Below are positions 61,776-64,000 of a stretch of DNA of 64,000 bases, piece after piece. The notes beneath the pieces were generated by a model. It was given only the letters and a program-made list of their open reading frames with translations, did not search any database and was not told the DNA's origin. How positions within the stretch are numbered: the first letter of the stretch is position 1; the number at the start of each line of letters is the position of its first letter. The DNA is from Felis catus (taxonomy: Eukaryota): positions 30,692,001 through 30,756,000 of the forward strand of contig NC_058383.1 in NCBI RefSeq assembly GCF_018350175.1. The letters are read 5' to 3'. The translations under genes and the position numbers were made by a program.

Positions 61776-64000
61776 ATTTTTTTTAATTTAATTTTTTTTA
61801 AATTTACATCCAAATTAGCATATAGTGCAACAGTGATTTCAGGCATAGATTTCTTAATGCACCTTATCCATTTAGCCCATCCCCTCTCACACACCCCCTC
61901 CAGTAACCCTCTGTTTTCTCCCCATATTTAAGAGTCTCTTATGTTTTGTCCCCCTTCCTGTTTTTATATTATTTTTGCTTCCCTTCCCTTGTGTTTATCT
62001 GCTTTGTATCTTAAAGTCCTCCTATGAGTGAAGTCATATGGTATTTGTCTCTCTCTGACTGACTTATTTTGCTTAGCATAATATCCTCCAGTTCCATCCA
62101 TGTAGTTGCAAATGGCAAGATTTCATTCTTTTTGATTGCCGAGTAATACTCCATTGTCTATATATACCACATCTTCTTTATCCATTCATCCATCGATGGA
62201 CATTTGGGCTCTTCCCATACTTTGGCTATTGTTGATAGTGCTGCTATAAACATTGGGGTGCTTATGTCTCTCTGAAACAGCACACCTGCATCCCTTGGGT
62301 AAATACCTAATAGTGCCATTGCTGGGTCGTAGGGTAGTTCTATTTTTAATTTTTTGAGGAACCTCCATACTGTTTTCCAGAGTGGCTGTGCCAGTTTGCG
62401 TTCCCACCAGCAATGCCAAAGAGATCCTCTCTCCGCATCCTCGCCAACATCTGTTGTTGCCATTCTGACAGGTGTGAGGTATCTCATTGTGATTTTGATT
62501 TGTATTTCCTTGATGAGTGATGTTGAGCATTTTTTCATGTGTCAGTTGGCCATCTGGATGTCATCTTTGGAGAAGTATCTATTCATGTCTTTTGCAAATT
62601 TCTTCACTGGATTACTTGTTTTTTGGGTGTTGAGTTTGATAATTTCTTTATAGATTTTGGATACCAACCTTTCATCTGATATGTCATTTGCGAATATCTT
62701 CTCCCATTCCGTTGGTTGCCTTTTAGTTTTGCTGATTGTTTCCTTCACTGTGCAGAAGCTTTTTATCTTGATGAGGTCCCAATAGTTCCTTTTTGCTTTT
62801 GTTTCCTTTGCCTCCAGAGACGTGTTGAGTAAGAAGTTTCTGCGGGCAAAGAGGTTTTTGCCTGCTTTCTCCTCAAGGATTTTGATGGCTTCCTGTCTTA
62901 TATTTAGGTCTTTCATCTGTTTTGAGTTTATTTTTGTGCATGGTGTAAGAAAGTGGTACAGGTTCATTTTTCTGCATGTTGTTGTCCAGTTTTCCCAGCA
63001 TCATTTGCTGAAGAGACTGTCTTTATTCCACTGCATATTCTTTCCTGCTTTGTCAAAGATTAGTTGGCCATATGTTTGTGGGTCCAACTCTAGGTTCTCT
63101 ATTCTGTTCCATTGATGTGAGTGTCTGTTTTTGTGCCAGTACCATACTGTCTTGATGATTACAGCTTTGTAATATAGCTTGAAGTCTGGGATTGTGATGC
63201 CTCCTGCTTTGCTTTTCTTTTTCAAGATTGCTTTGGCTATTCAGGGTCTTTTCTGGTTCCATACAAATTTTAGGATTGTTTGTTCTAGCTCTGAAGAATG
63301 CTGGTGCTATTTTCATAGGGATTGCATTGAATATGTATATTGCTTTGGGTTGTATTGACATTATAACAATATTTGTTCTTCCTATCCAGGAGCATGGAAT
63401 ATTTTTCCATTTTTTTGTGTCTTCTTCAATTTCTTTCATAAGGTTTCTATAGTTTTCAGTGTATAGATTTTTCAGCTCTTTGGTTAGGTTATTCCTAGGT
63501 ATTTTACGGGTTTTGGTGCAATTGTAAATGGGATCAATTCCTTGATTTATCTTTCTGTTGCTTCATTGTTGGTGTATAGGGATGCAACTGATTTCTGAGC
63601 ATTGATTTTATATCTTGCCACTTTGCTGAATTCATGGATCCATTCTAGCAGTTTTTTGGTGGAATCTTTTGAGTTTTCCATATAGAGTATCATGTCATCT
63701 GCAAAGAGTGAAAATTTGACCTCCTCCTGGCTGATTTGGATGCCTTTTATTTCTTTGTGTTGTCTGATTGCTGAGGCTAAGACTTCCAGTACTATGTTGA
63801 AAAGCAGTGGTGAGAGTGGACACCCCTGTCTTGTTCTTAACCTTAGGGGGAACGCTTTCAGTTTTTCCCGAGGATGATATTAGCTTTGGGTCTTTCATAC
63901 ATGGCTTTTATGATCTCGAGGTATGCTCCTTCTATCCCTTCTTTCTTGAGTGTTTTTATCAAGAAAGGATGCTGTATTTTGTCAAATACTTTCTTTGCAT
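61776..64000 (-). mobile_element. Felid/carnivore L1, 3' UTR plus disrupted ORF2; runs off the window end
   Basis: Fragmented ORF2 translations ([39 protein letters not shown]) in several frames; T-rich tail at about 61776-61799. Confidence 0.93.

Noticed and set aside
1..64000. A novel multi-gene, defence or CRISPR-like system
   Set aside because: The sequence is mammalian intron/intergenic DNA. There are no operon-like gene clusters, no cas-like ORFs and no repeat-unique spacer array.

Overview
Mammalian genomic DNA from a felid (cat family), judged from about 20 carnivore tRNA-derived SINEs (Can-SINE/SINEC) and felid-type LINE-1. It is not a prokaryotic region. The only host coding sequence I can support is the last coding exon of CPPED1 (+ strand, 30671-30900). 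Positions 1-30670 are therefore most likely CPPED1's long last intron, followed by the 3' UTR and then repeat-rich, probably intergenic DNA. The intron holds a full-length, TSD-flanked, now inactivated L1 antisense to the gene (about 12673-18797). That L1 has a young SINE inserted at the start of ORF2, an in-frame ORF1 deletion healed by a short templated inverted repeat, and an intact antisense ATG-initiated 125-codon ORF in its 5' UTR ending at a possible splice donor. This ORF0-like arrangement is the most interesting hypothesis in the window, but it is unproven. The rest is older L1/L2/MIR/MaLR/hAT fossils, simple repeats with higher-order structure, local duplications and a few homeobox-motif-rich candidate enhancers. 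Repeat family names come from my recall of consensus sequences, not a database search, and boundaries of old repeats are approximate. I found no convincing new multi-gene system.
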